Under the pieces are notes generated by a model. That model did no database searches, had not been told where the DNA came from, and saw only the letters and a list, made by a program, of their open reading frames with translations. A stretch of 64,000 bases of DNA, taken from the IMG/VR virus record IMGVR_UViG_3300021431_000126, positions 520 to 64,519 of that record. One strand, given 5' to 3'. Positions 19,451-28,927 of the stretch are shown here, piece by piece (the stretch's first letter is position 1; every line of letters begins with the position of its first letter). Position numbers and translations under genes: made by a program. Origin of the DNA: a virus. Taxonomy: Duplodnaviria > Caudoviricetes.

Positions 19451-21370
19451 ATGTTGTTAGATGAAGATGAATTAAATGAAATGAAAGGTGTCAGAAATCC
19501 TGCAAAACCTGCTAAAAAGACAGAAGTCAAAGCAGAGCCAAAAAAGATTATTTACAGAACATTTGATCCTGAAGAATTGGTTCATATGAATAAAACTTTT
19601 GAAATAGAGGGTTATGAGGATTTTGACAAGGGTTATCCGTATTCAATCAACTTCTATGATTTTGAAGTTTTCATGGGTGATTGGATGGTTGTAATTATGA
19701 ATCCAGTTCAGAAAATAAAGAGGGTAATTGTAAACGATCCTGAGGCATTGAAAGCATATTACAAGGCTCATAAAAAAGAGATCTGGTGTGGATATAATTC
19801 ACGCAATTATGACACTTTTATCCTTAAAAGCATTTTGTGCGGGTTGAATCCTAAAAAAGTGAATGATATGATTATTGTTCATGGAATGAGCGGTTGGCAA
19901 ATATCTGATGAGTTCAAAGAAATTCCGATGTATGATTTTGATATCAGTACAAAGATTCAAGGCTTAAAACAACTTGAAGCATTTATGGGAAATAATATCA
20001 AGGAAACATCAGTGCCATTCGATATTGAAAGACCTTTGACCAAAGCAGAAGTCAAGGAAACAATCAAATATTGTATGCATGATGTAGAACAGACAATTGA
20101 AGTATTCAGACGTAGAAAAGCGGAATTTGATGCTCAGATGGATCTGATTACAACCTTTGAATTGTCATTGAATAAAGTCAGTTCAACTCAGGCTCAACTT
20201 ACTGCAAAGATTATTGGTTGTGAGAGAGTTCACGACAGAGATGACGAATTTGATTTGCAGATTGTACCAATTTTGAAGATTAAAAAATACAAATATGTTT
20301 TGGATTGGTTTGAGAATCCTGCAAATCATAATTACAAGAATAGTCTTGAGGCTGTAATTTGCGGTGTACCTCACGTGTTTGGTTGGGGTGGAATTCATGG
20401 CTGTCCTGAAAAACCTTTGCACATTAAGGGCAAGTTGTTCCACGTTGATGTTACCTCATATTATCCGTCAATCATGATTGAATATGACTTCTTGACCCGC
20501 AATTGTAAGGACAAAAAGAAGTTCAAGCAGATCTATGACAAGCGTGTTGAACTTAAAAAGGCAGGCAAGAAAAAAGAACAAGCACCATACAAGATTATTC
20601 TTAACTCAACTTATGGAATTTGTAAGGATAAATACAATAATGCTTACGATCCAAGACAAGCCAATAATGTTTGTATAAATGGTCAGTTGATGTTACTAGA
20701 TTTGCTTGAGCATTTAGAGGGTTATGCTGAGATTATTCAGAGCAACACTGATGGAATTATCCTGCAGGTTGAAGACAATGCAAAAGCGATTCAGACAATG
20801 AAAGACATTTGTCAGGAATGGATGGACAGAACAAAGATGGGCTTGGGATTTGATGAGATTGATGAGATTTGGCAAAAAGATGTAAACAATTACATCTTCA
20901 GATTTACAAGCGGTAAACTTGAAAGAAAAGGCGCATATGTTAAGGAACTTGATGACCTTGATAACGATTTGCCGATTGTGAATGAAGCAATTGTGAAATA
21001 TCTCACTGAAGATATTATGCCTAGTGAAACAATAAACAACTGTAATGAACTTATTAAATTTCAAAAGGTTGTTAAAGTGTCTTCAAGTTATTTGTACGGT
21101 TGGCACAATAATGAGCTCTTGACTGATAAAACTTTTAGAGTATTTGCCAGTAAGAACAGGGCTGACACTTATATTGGAAAATGTAAAAGCGAGGGTGCGA
21201 CAATTGAAAAGTTTGCTAATACACCTGAACATTGTTTTATTGAAAATGATGATGTAAGGACAGTTGATGTTCCTGCAACTTTGGACAAGAGTTGGTATAT
21301 CAATCTTGCAGAAAAAAGAATTGAGGATTTTGGAATCAATCTCAGTTCAGATAGTTTATTTGATTTTTAA
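19451..21370 (+). CDS. Family B DNA polymerase
   Basis: Exo FYDFEVF and GYNSRNYD; DVTSYYPS, KIILNSTYG, QSNTDG. Confidence 0.9.
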   Translation: MLLDEDELNEMKGVRNPAKPAKKTEVKAEPKKIIYRTFDPEELVHMNKTFEIEGYEDFDKGYPYSINFYDFEVFMGDWMVVIMNPVQKIKRVIVNDPEALKAYYKAHKKEIWCGYNSRNYDTFILKSILCGLNPKKVNDMIIVHGMSGWQISDEFKEIPMYDFDISTKIQGLKQLEAFMGNNIKETSVPFDIERPLTKAEVKETIKYCMHDVEQTIEVFRRRKAEFDAQMDLITTFELSLNKVSSTQAQLTAKIIGCERVHDRDDEFDLQIVPILKIKKYKYVLDWFENPANHNYKNSLEAVICGVPHVFGWGGIHGCPEKPLHIKGKLFHVDVTSYYPSIMIEYDFLTRNCKDKKKFKQIYDKRVELKKAGKKKEQAPYKIILNSTYGICKDKYNNAYDPRQANNVCINGQLMLLDLLEHLEGYAEIIQSNTDGIILQVEDNAKAIQTMKDICQEWMDRTKMGLGFDEIDEIWQKDVNNYIFRFTSGKLERKGAYVKELDDLDNDLPIVNEAIVKYLTEDIMPSETINNCNELIKFQKVVKVSSSYLYGWHNNELLTDKTFRVFASKNRADTYIGKCKSEGATIEKFANTPEHCFIENDDVRTVDVPATLDKSWYINLAEKRIEDFGINLSSDSLFDF

Positions 21371-21382
21371 GAGAGGTGAAAT

Positions 21383-22051
21383 ATGAAATTTGAAAATACT
21401 GAAGTATGGGGATTCAGACACGCATTAAGAGGCATGCGGAATCCTAAAGAATCTTGGGACAAGTCTGATACTGAATGGTTGCGGGGAACTTATATTGAGG
21501 CATTCAAAATTGGTAAAAATGATTTGAAACTTGCTCAAACCCTGATAAAAGCAGGTTCAGAGCATAGAAAGTTTATGAGGCAGATTTTTGTATCAGTTGA
21601 TATAACTGCCCCACTTTATTGGTGGAAAGAATTTGATACATACAAAGTTGGAACTGTAAGCAATTCAACTTCTACAATGCATAAATTGGCTGATACTCCA
21701 ATAACAAAAGAATGTTTTGAGATGGATGATTATTCAACAGATGAGATTCTTGCAGGTGAAAATATTGATGATATTTGGGAAAGCATTCTCACTGCTTGCG
21801 AGGGTTTGAGACAAATGTTTAATGAAACAAAAGACAAACGCTATTGGAAAGAATTGATAAGGTTGTTGCCTGAAAGTTGGTTGCAGAAAAGAACTGTAAC
21901 AATGGATTATGAAAACCTGCTTGCAATGTGTAGCAAAGGGCAAAGGCGATTCCATAAACTTACTGAATGGAGTGAATCATTTATTGATTGGGCAAGAAGT
22001 TTACCGTGTGCTCAGGAATTGATTTTTATTGATGAGGTTGATAATGATTAA
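21383..22051 (+). CDS. Divergent ThyX/Thy1-like protein
   Basis: HRKFMRQIFVSVDITAPLYWWKEFDTYKVGTVSNSTSTMH, LLPESW.Q.RT; canonical RHRxxxSxxxxSxR is replaced. Confidence 0.7.
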   Translation: MKFENTEVWGFRHALRGMRNPKESWDKSDTEWLRGTYIEAFKIGKNDLKLAQTLIKAGSEHRKFMRQIFVSVDITAPLYWWKEFDTYKVGTVSNSTSTMHKLADTPITKECFEMDDYSTDEILAGENIDDIWESILTACEGLRQMFNETKDKRYWKELIRLLPESWLQKRTVTMDYENLLAMCSKGQRRFHKLTEWSESFIDWARSLPCAQELIFIDEVDND

Positions 22052-22208
22052 GACTATGACGGCTGAAGAAAAAAAGAATTACAGACATCAGGCTTATTTG
22101 AAAAGACGAGAAAAACAACTTGCTGAACAAAAACTGTATTATCAAACTCATCGTGAGGAAATATTGAAAAAACAAAATTTGAGATACAGGAAAAAGTGTG
22201 GACTGTAA
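22044..22208 (+). CDS. Small basic protein (54 aa, not in the ORF track)
   Basis: MIKTMTAEEKKNYRHQAYLKRREK...RYRKKCGL; GAGG RBS. Confidence 0.5.
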   Translation: MIKTMTAEEKKNYRHQAYLKRREKQLAEQKLYYQTHREEILKKQNLRYRKKCGL

Positions 22209-22294
22209 TTTGATTTTGTTCCTATAATAAAGGACATTAGTTGATATGGTAGAATAAAATTGAAATATAATTTACAATCAAATTGAGGTGAATT

Positions 22295-22909
22295 ATGTTT
22301 TATATTTATGAAATTAAGAATCTGTTGAACAATAAAACCTATATTGGACAACGCAAGTGTCCTGCAAATAAGATTCCTGAAACAGATTCATACATAGGCA
22401 GTGGTAAAATTCTTCATCAAGCGTATGAAAAATATGACAAAAAGAATTTCACCAAAACAATTCTTGCTATTGCAGGAACAAAAGAAGTCATTGATGTTCT
22501 TGAAAAGGTTTTCATTCAACTTTATAGGGAACAAGGCAAGGCTGAATATAATATAACTGGTGGAGGTAGTGGTGGAAGTTTTAAGGGAATAAATAAGGGC
22601 AGAAAAGTTTCAGAAGAAACAAAAAGAAAATTGCGGAAAGCAAATGTTGGAAAACATCTTTCAGAGGAAACCAAAAGAAAAATACAAGAAAAACTTTTGA
22701 AAAATCCAAATAGAAAAGGTGTTGAAATTTCATTAGAAACACGTGAAAGAATGAGACAATCTCATTTGGGCAAAAAGCGTTCAAAAGAATCTATTGAGAA
22801 TCAAAGAAAAGCACAAATGGGTAGAGTTGTTTCAGCAGAAACACGTGAGAAAATTAGAATTTCAAATTTGCGTACAAAACATAAAATTCATTTGGAGGAA
22901 TTGAAATGA
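22295..22909 (+). CDS. GIY-YIG homing endonuclease with NUMOD3 repeats (no. 1)
   Basis: YIYEI..KTYIGQR, YNITGGG, SEETKRK repeats. Confidence 0.88.
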   Translation: MFYIYEIKNLLNNKTYIGQRKCPANKIPETDSYIGSGKILHQAYEKYDKKNFTKTILAIAGTKEVIDVLEKVFIQLYREQGKAEYNITGGGSGGSFKGINKGRKVSEETKRKLRKANVGKHLSEETKRKIQEKLLKNPNRKGVEISLETRERMRQSHLGKKRSKESIENQRKAQMGRVVSAETREKIRISNLRTKHKIHLEELK

Positions 22910-23838
22910 GTAAAGTTGAATTATATCGTAAATATCGACCTCAAAATTTATCGGAGATGGTGGGCAACGAGGCAACCATAAAAAGTCTTAAAGCAGAACT
23001 TGAAAATGGTTCGCATGTTTTCCTTTTCACTGGTCCTGCTGGTTGTGGAAAAACAACACTTGCTAGAATTATAGCAAAGGAAGTTGGTGCGGGTGATTTG
23101 TCTATCAAGGAAATCAATTCAGCAGAAAATCGTGGAATTGATACGGCAAGAGAAGTGCAGGAACAAATGCGATATAACCCAAGTGATGGAGAGGCACTTG
23201 TATGGATCTTTGATGAATGTCATCAGTGGTTGGCACCTGTTCAGAATGCATTTTTGAAAGCCTTGGAAGACACTCCAGACCATGTATATTTTTTCCTTTG
23301 TACAACTGATCCGCAGAAACTCATTACACCATTGAAAACAAGATGTTCCATTATAAATGTAACACCATTAACAGATGATGAAATGACCTATCTGTTGAAA
23401 AGAACTGCAAGAGCAGAGGGAATCAAAATGGGCTCAGAAGTCTATGAAAGAATCTGCGAGTTGGCTCAGGGTGGTTCAAGAAAAGGATTGAAGTTGCTTT
23501 CAAAAGTCTTGTATTTGGAATCTGATGAAGATCGCATGGAAGTTCTTAAAATTGGTGATGCAAGTGATTCACCTGAAACAATTGAACTTTGCAGAACATT
23601 ATTACAAAAAGGTTGTACTTGGAGCAAGTTGGCATTCCTGCTTAAAACTATGGACTTGTCTGAGCCTGAAAAAGTTAGACAGGCGGTTATGGGGTATATG
23701 AACGCTGTCTTGCTTAATGGAAAAGCAAGTGCTGAATCGGTTTCAGCAATGCAGGCATTTTCATCAGCTGATACCTATAAAAATGGAAAATTCGGAATCA
23801 CCGTTGCTTGCTTAGATTATTTGGATTTAATTGGTTAA
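22906..23838 (+). CDS. DnaX (gamma/tau)-like clamp loader ATPase
   Basis: LYRKYRPQ, GPAGCGKTT, IFDECH, NAFLKALE, TRC. Confidence 0.9.
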   Translation: MSKVELYRKYRPQNLSEMVGNEATIKSLKAELENGSHVFLFTGPAGCGKTTLARIIAKEVGAGDLSIKEINSAENRGIDTAREVQEQMRYNPSDGEALVWIFDECHQWLAPVQNAFLKALEDTPDHVYFFLCTTDPQKLITPLKTRCSIINVTPLTDDEMTYLLKRTARAEGIKMGSEVYERICELAQGGSRKGLKLLSKVLYLESDEDRMEVLKIGDASDSPETIELCRTLLQKGCTWSKLAFLLKTMDLSEPEKVRQAVMGYMNAVLLNGKASAESVSAMQAFSSADTYKNGKFGITVACLDYLDLIG

Positions 23839-24069
23839 AAATCAGTTTATAATCCTATAATAAATACAGAGGTAACAAATGAAAAGAAAAGATGAACGAT
23901 TTTTTGCTTGGTTGAACAGTGCTATCTTTTGGAAGAATTCTAAGTTGACAAAAACTGATAAAGATCACAAAAGAGTAGTGATGGCGGTTGAGCATGGCGT
24001 CAAGCAGAAAGGCTTGACAAGAAGTGTTTCAAACAGAAGAACAAGAAAAATGATAACAAGAGGTGGAAA

Positions 24070-24579
24070 ATGACAAAAGCAGAAACATTGGCAAAAGAGG
24101 CAAAAGAAAAGGAAAATCAGCAGGATGATTTTCAGAAAGATCTCTCAATCAATAAGTATAAACTTGATGAAGAATGTTTGAGTCATTCAAGCCGATATGC
24201 TTATTATGCTGAAGCATGTGCCGTAGCAAAAACTGAAGTGTCAAGAGCAAAAGACAGACTTGACTTGACTGAGGCTGAACAGCGTGAAGCAATCCGTATT
24301 AGAATGGAAAAAGACGGAATCAAGCCAACAATTCCAATGCTAGATTCTGCAACCATTCGTGATGAAAAAGTTGTTAAGGCAAAAGCGGAATTGCGTGAAG
24401 CAGAAGAGGTTTACAACAGACTTCAGGTTGCTGTAAATGCTATGGATGCCCGCAGAAGTGAATTGGACAATCTTGTAAAACTTTATGTTGCAGGATATTA
24501 TTCAACAGTTGATGCTGGAAACAGAAAATCTGTAAATGAACAGGCATCAAACGATATTCGCAAGAATCTTAATAAATAA
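24070..24579 (+). CDS. UvsY-like recombination mediator
   Basis: DLSINKYKLDEE...long helix...AMDARRSELDNL; lies upstream of SSB and RecA. Confidence 0.65.
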   Translation: MTKAETLAKEAKEKENQQDDFQKDLSINKYKLDEECLSHSSRYAYYAEACAVAKTEVSRAKDRLDLTEAEQREAIRIRMEKDGIKPTIPMLDSATIRDEKVVKAKAELREAEEVYNRLQVAVNAMDARRSELDNLVKLYVAGYYSTVDAGNRKSVNEQASNDIRKNLNK

Positions 24580-24589
24580 GAGGTGAAAT

Positions 24590-25660
24590 ATGATTAACAA
24601 GAAAAAGAGTGGCTTGTCAAAACGTTATCAGGCAAGTTATGAAAGCAAGGAAAGTGGAGCACCTGCAAAGGCTGGTGCTATGGATTGGAAAAAGGTTGAT
24701 GGTGATGTAAATTTCTTCAGTCCAATCGAGGGCAAAAACCGCATTAACATCATTCCATATACAATTAAAACTAAGAATCACCCACTTGTAAAACGTGGGG
24801 AATTTGAAGTTGGTGACAAAGACTATGTAATGGACATCTTCACTCATCGTGGCGTTGGCCCATCTGAAGCAACTGTAATTTGTCTCAAGTCAACATATGG
24901 AAAGCCTTGTCCAATTTGTGAACAGTCTGCCCTCTTGCGCAAGCAGGGAAAAGAAAAAGAGGCAGGTGACCTCAAGCCATCACGCAGAGTGTTCTATAAT
25001 ATTCAGGATATGAAAGAGCCTGACAAATTAAAGGTTTTTGAAACTTCTCATTATTTGTTTGAAAAAGAACTTATTGATGAAGCACGTGATGATGAAGAGG
25101 GTGGATTTGTTGATTTTGCAGATCCAATTGATGGAAAAGAGATTAAGTTCAGAGCAAGTGATGTTCAGAAAGGAACTATCAAATACAAAGAATTTAAGTC
25201 ATTCCAGTTCATTGATAGAGATGAACCAATTCCAGATGAACTTCTTGAATCTGCAATCTCATTCGATGAAATTATGAATGTTCCAACATATGAAGAAGTT
25301 GAAAAGATCCTTTTTGGTCAGGATGACGATGATGAAGACGATGAAGCACCTGCTAAAAAGTCTAAACATGAAGATGACGATTCTGATGAAGATGATGACG
25401 ACAGACCTGCTAAAAAGTCTTCAAAGAATCGTGAAGAAGATGAAGGTGAAGGTGATGAAGATGGCGATGAATATGAGGTTCCAAAAAAGCCTGCAAAAAA
25501 GGTTGAAGAGGAAGATGATGACGAGCCTGAACCACCAAAGAAGTCTTGCGGGAAATGTCCATTTGGTCATTGCTTTGGAAAAGAGGATGACCAATATGAC
25601 GATTGCGATGACTGCGATGTTTGGGACAAGTGTGTAAAAGAGCACAAGGCAAATAAATAA
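24590..25660 (+). CDS. gp32-like ssDNA-binding protein with long acidic tail
   Basis: TH.GVG...CLKSTYGKPCPICE, D/E-rich C-terminus. Confidence 0.7.
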   Translation: MINKKKSGLSKRYQASYESKESGAPAKAGAMDWKKVDGDVNFFSPIEGKNRINIIPYTIKTKNHPLVKRGEFEVGDKDYVMDIFTHRGVGPSEATVICLKSTYGKPCPICEQSALLRKQGKEKEAGDLKPSRRVFYNIQDMKEPDKLKVFETSHYLFEKELIDEARDDEEGGFVDFADPIDGKEIKFRASDVQKGTIKYKEFKSFQFIDRDEPIPDELLESAISFDEIMNVPTYEEVEKILFGQDDDDEDDEAPAKKSKHEDDDSDEDDDDRPAKKSSKNREEDEGEGDEDGDEYEVPKKPAKKVEEEDDDEPEPPKKSCGKCPFGHCFGKEDDQYDDCDDCDVWDKCVKEHKANK

Positions 25661-25714
25661 TTGTTTTAGCACCTCAGTCTTATGATTGGGGTGCTTTTTA
25701 GTTGGGGGTGTATA

Positions 25715-26107
25715 ATGTACATAAAAGATGTTGTGAATAAATGTAAAGAGCGTGGATATGAAATCACTAAAATGGGCTTGTACAAGGCTGGTGAAAAATA
25801 TGGTTTTATATCTAAAGTTGATGGCAAGCATTCATTGGAATTTGATAAGGATAAATTCTTGAAATGGCTTGATAAAGCAACTGAGGAAATTCCTGCAGGT
25901 TGGTTGAGCGTCAGACAACTTTCTGAAAAATTGGGAATCAGTGTTGCTCAGGTTTATATTCTTATTAAAGATGAAGATTCAGGTGCTAGGTCAATTGGTA
26001 GTGGTGTAGGAGTGTTATATGCTGACCCAAAAAGAATTGAAGCAATTATCAAAAAGCGTGAAGACAGCCATAAGGAAAAGTGGGGTGATGAAAATGGAAC
26101 AAATTAG
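25715..26107 (+). CDS. Tandem HTH DNA-binding protein
   Basis: WLSVRQLSEKLGISVAQVYILIK excisionase-like HTH plus an N-terminal HTH-like unit. Confidence 0.65.
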   Translation: MYIKDVVNKCKERGYEITKMGLYKAGEKYGFISKVDGKHSLEFDKDKFLKWLDKATEEIPAGWLSVRQLSEKLGISVAQVYILIKDEDSGARSIGSGVGVLYADPKRIEAIIKKREDSHKEKWGDENGTN

Positions 26108-27317
26108 ATTCATGACAGGTGCTCAGTTGCTTGACCTTGTAATTGGTGGAGCAAAAGGTGTATTTGGAATTCCTGCAGGTAGATTCATCAATATTGTTGG
26201 TGACAAGTCTGCGGGAAAAACTTTTTTGAGCAATGAAATTATTGCTAGTGCTTATCATAAATTCGGTTCAAAAAAGTTCAAATGGGTTTATGATGACTGT
26301 GAAAGTGGATATTCATTTGATACAGAATCGCTTTATGGATTTGAGATTATGCCTGAGGATGATGAGAAAAGAGTTCATTCAAAAACAGTTGAAGATGCAT
26401 TCTGTAATATTTCAGATTTTTGCTCAAAATTGAAAGAGGGTCAATTTGGAATCTATGTTTTGGATTCGCTTGACGGATTAACCTCAGATGAACAAGATGA
26501 ACAGGCTGAAGAGAGATTGAAAGCATTCCACAACAAAAAGGAATATGACAAAGGCTCATATAACATGGGCAAACCTAGATATTTGAGCAGGGAATTTTTT
26601 CCTCAACTTTGTTCAACCATTGAAGATAAGAATGTTCTTGTAATCATCATTTCACAAGTTCGAGAAAATATTGATATGTTCAGTTTTGAAAAGTTCTCAC
26701 GCTCAGGCGGTAAGGCAATGGACTTCTATGCTCATTCAGTTATTTGGTTGGCAACTGCAAAATACATTGAGCGAAAAGGTAGCAAGGTGGGTGTTGTAGT
26801 AAAAGCCAAGACAACAAAGAGCAAAACACCAAGACCTTTCAGAGAATGTTTTTTCAACTTCTTGTATGATTATGGACTTGATGATATTGGTTCAAATGTT
26901 GATTATCTTTTTGACCTGCGAACAGACAAAGGTGAACTCAATTCAAAAGCAAAGGCAATTCAGTGGGATGGTAATGCAGGAAAATTGACACTGACGGATC
27001 TGAAAAAATTCTTGGATGAATATGATTTGCAGGAAAAATTTGAAGACAGCCGATATTATGACGGTAAACCAACTGCTGATGACATCTTTGATTTTGTTCA
27101 GAGCAAAAAAGAGTACAAGGAAAAGTTTGCGGAAAAATTCGGTGAATCAATGACTAGGGATGAACTCATTGAATGGATTGAAGAAAACAATTTGGAAGAT
27201 GAGTTGAGACAGCGAGTTATTGATAAATGGGAAGAGTATGAAGACAGCATAAAGTCTTCACGAAAGAAAAAATATGGAACTATTCCAAAGACAACAGACA
27301 AGGTTGTAATGGAGTAG
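26088..27317 (+). CDS. RecA/UvsX-like recombinase
   Basis: GDKSAGKT, YVLDSL, ISQVRE, SGGKAMDFYA. Confidence 0.9.
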   Translation: MKMEQIRFMTGAQLLDLVIGGAKGVFGIPAGRFINIVGDKSAGKTFLSNEIIASAYHKFGSKKFKWVYDDCESGYSFDTESLYGFEIMPEDDEKRVHSKTVEDAFCNISDFCSKLKEGQFGIYVLDSLDGLTSDEQDEQAEERLKAFHNKKEYDKGSYNMGKPRYLSREFFPQLCSTIEDKNVLVIIISQVRENIDMFSFEKFSRSGGKAMDFYAHSVIWLATAKYIERKGSKVGVVVKAKTTKSKTPRPFRECFFNFLYDYGLDDIGSNVDYLFDLRTDKGELNSKAKAIQWDGNAGKLTLTDLKKFLDEYDLQEKFEDSRYYDGKPTADDIFDFVQSKKEYKEKFAEKFGESMTRDELIEWIEENNLEDELRQRVIDKWEEYEDSIKSSRKKKYGTIPKTTDKVVME

Positions 27318-27638
27318 TTTATGAAAGATGTTGCATATAGAGGTTATATGACGGTAGATGTTTGTGGAATTCCATTCGAAGTTAAAGAAGTTGAATCAAA
27401 TAGTCGTGATGATTGCAGTATGGGCAGAAGTGATTCAAAAATGGCAATAATAACCTTGAATAAGGAAATGCCAAAAGAAGTAAAAGAATCAACTTTGATA
27501 CATGAATGGATTCATGCGGTTTTAGATTGCGCTGGAATGGGTGAATATTCGGGTGACGAAAAACTTGTATGTGTATTACAAAATGAACTTTATAGAGCGG
27601 GCTTCAGAATAAAATATATGGAGTAGTTTATGAAAGAT
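27309..27638 (+). repeat. 21-bp perfect direct repeat ATGGAGTAGTTTATGAAAGAT flanking the HExxH gene
   Basis: Copies at 27309-27329 and 27618-27638. Confidence 0.9.
27321..27626 (+). CDS. Small HExxH metallo-domain protein
   Basis: STLIHEWIHA. Confidence 0.65.
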   Translation: MKDVAYRGYMTVDVCGIPFEVKEVESNSRDDCSMGRSDSKMAIITLNKEMPKEVKESTLIHEWIHAVLDCAGMGEYSGDEKLVCVLQNELYRAGFRIKYME

Positions 27639-28124
27639 ATTCAATTCAAGTCTGATGAAGTTAATTGGATAAAAGAAGCAGTTTTGGATTACTATGGAAC
27701 AGAAACTAAAGAGTCAAAGAAAATAATTAGAAAATTGGATCGTGCTGAAAAGAAAATCAAAACAAGTTCAGCAAAAGGAAAAGGCAGAAACCTGCAATAT
27801 TGGGTTTGTGAACGGATTGCGGAAATGTTTGGAATAAAGTTTGTGCAATCAGATGACACTTGTCTTGTTCATTCACGCACTATGGGTTTGAGCGGAACAG
27901 ATGTTGTTTTAACAGGTGAACTTGCTGAGAAATTTCCTTTTGCGGTTGAATGTAAAGCCTGTGAAACTTTGTCCATACCAGAGTGGGTGAGGCAAGCAAG
28001 AAGTAATACAAAAGAAAATCAAAACTATTTGCTTGTCTTCAAAAAACAAACAATAGGTTCAGAGCCAGTTGTTTTGATGGATTGGAGTTGTTTTGAAAAT
28101 ATTTTCAGAAAAACTTTGAAATAG
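27630..28124 (+). CDS. PD-(D/E)xK Holliday junction resolvase
   Basis: KGKGRNLQ, GTDV, AVECKACE. Confidence 0.8.
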   Translation: MKDIQFKSDEVNWIKEAVLDYYGTETKESKKIIRKLDRAEKKIKTSSAKGKGRNLQYWVCERIAEMFGIKFVQSDDTCLVHSRTMGLSGTDVVLTGELAEKFPFAVECKACETLSIPEWVRQARSNTKENQNYLLVFKKQTIGSEPVVLMDWSCFENIFRKTLK

Positions 28125-28173
28125 TATTTACCTCAGTGCCATAAAAATTATATAATGGTGCTGAGGTATTTTT

Positions 28174-28869
28174 ATGATTATCAGATATATTTATAAGGTT
28201 ACATATAAACCTACAAATCAATTTTATATCGGAAAAAGAAAAGCAAGAGAAAATTGTTCACCTGAAGAGGATTTTGGAATTTATTATTTTACTAGTGCAA
28301 AAACAAATTCTTGGATTAAGAAAAGTTTGAAAAATAATCGTGAACTTTGGATTGTAGAATTTCTTCATGTTGATGCAAAGACCGATGAAGAACTTGCTGA
28401 ACAAGAGTTTGAGGAATTATCCAAATATTTTGATGGAACAAAAAAGGTTAATGAATTATGTTTGAATGAGAATAATTCAAAGAATTTTGATTTTTCAGGT
28501 CATATTCATTCTGAGGAATCTAAAAGAAAAATTGGTGAATCTCAAGTTGGTAATAAAAATCATTTTTATGGAAAACATCATTCAGATGAAACAAAAAAGA
28601 TTATTGGTGAAAAACAAAAAGGCAGAATGAAATCTGAGGCTGAAAGAAAACATCATAGTGAATTGATGAAAATAAATAATCCAATGAAGAATCCTGCAAA
28701 TAAAAATATTCATAAAATGGCTGTAAACAAACCTGAATACATTGAAAAGAAAAAGATTCAAACTGCGGGCAAGAATAATCCAAACTATGGAAATTATTGG
28801 AGTGAGGAACAGAAAAGAGCATTGAGTGAAAAATTAAAAGAAGTTTGGAAAAGGAAAAAAGAAAAATAA
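28174..28869 (+). CDS. GIY-YIG homing endonuclease with NUMOD3 repeats (no. 2)
   Basis: YIYKVT..FYIGKR, HSEESKRK, NHFYGKHHSDETK, NPNYG. Confidence 0.85.
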   Translation: MIIRYIYKVTYKPTNQFYIGKRKARENCSPEEDFGIYYFTSAKTNSWIKKSLKNNRELWIVEFLHVDAKTDEELAEQEFEELSKYFDGTKKVNELCLNENNSKNFDFSGHIHSEESKRKIGESQVGNKNHFYGKHHSDETKKIIGEKQKGRMKSEAERKHHSELMKINNPMKNPANKNIHKMAVNKPEYIEKKKIQTAGKNNPNYGNYWSEEQKRALSEKLKEVWKRKKEK

Positions 28870-28927
28870 TTTTGAGGCAGGTGAAAATCCTGCCTTTTTT
28901 AATCCTATAATAAATTGAGGTTGAAAT

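Noticed and set aside
25278-25831. Alternative-frame and antisense ORFs over the SSB tail
   Set aside because: They are by-products of the low-complexity GAT/GAA/AAG acidic tail and have no RBS or domain signal.
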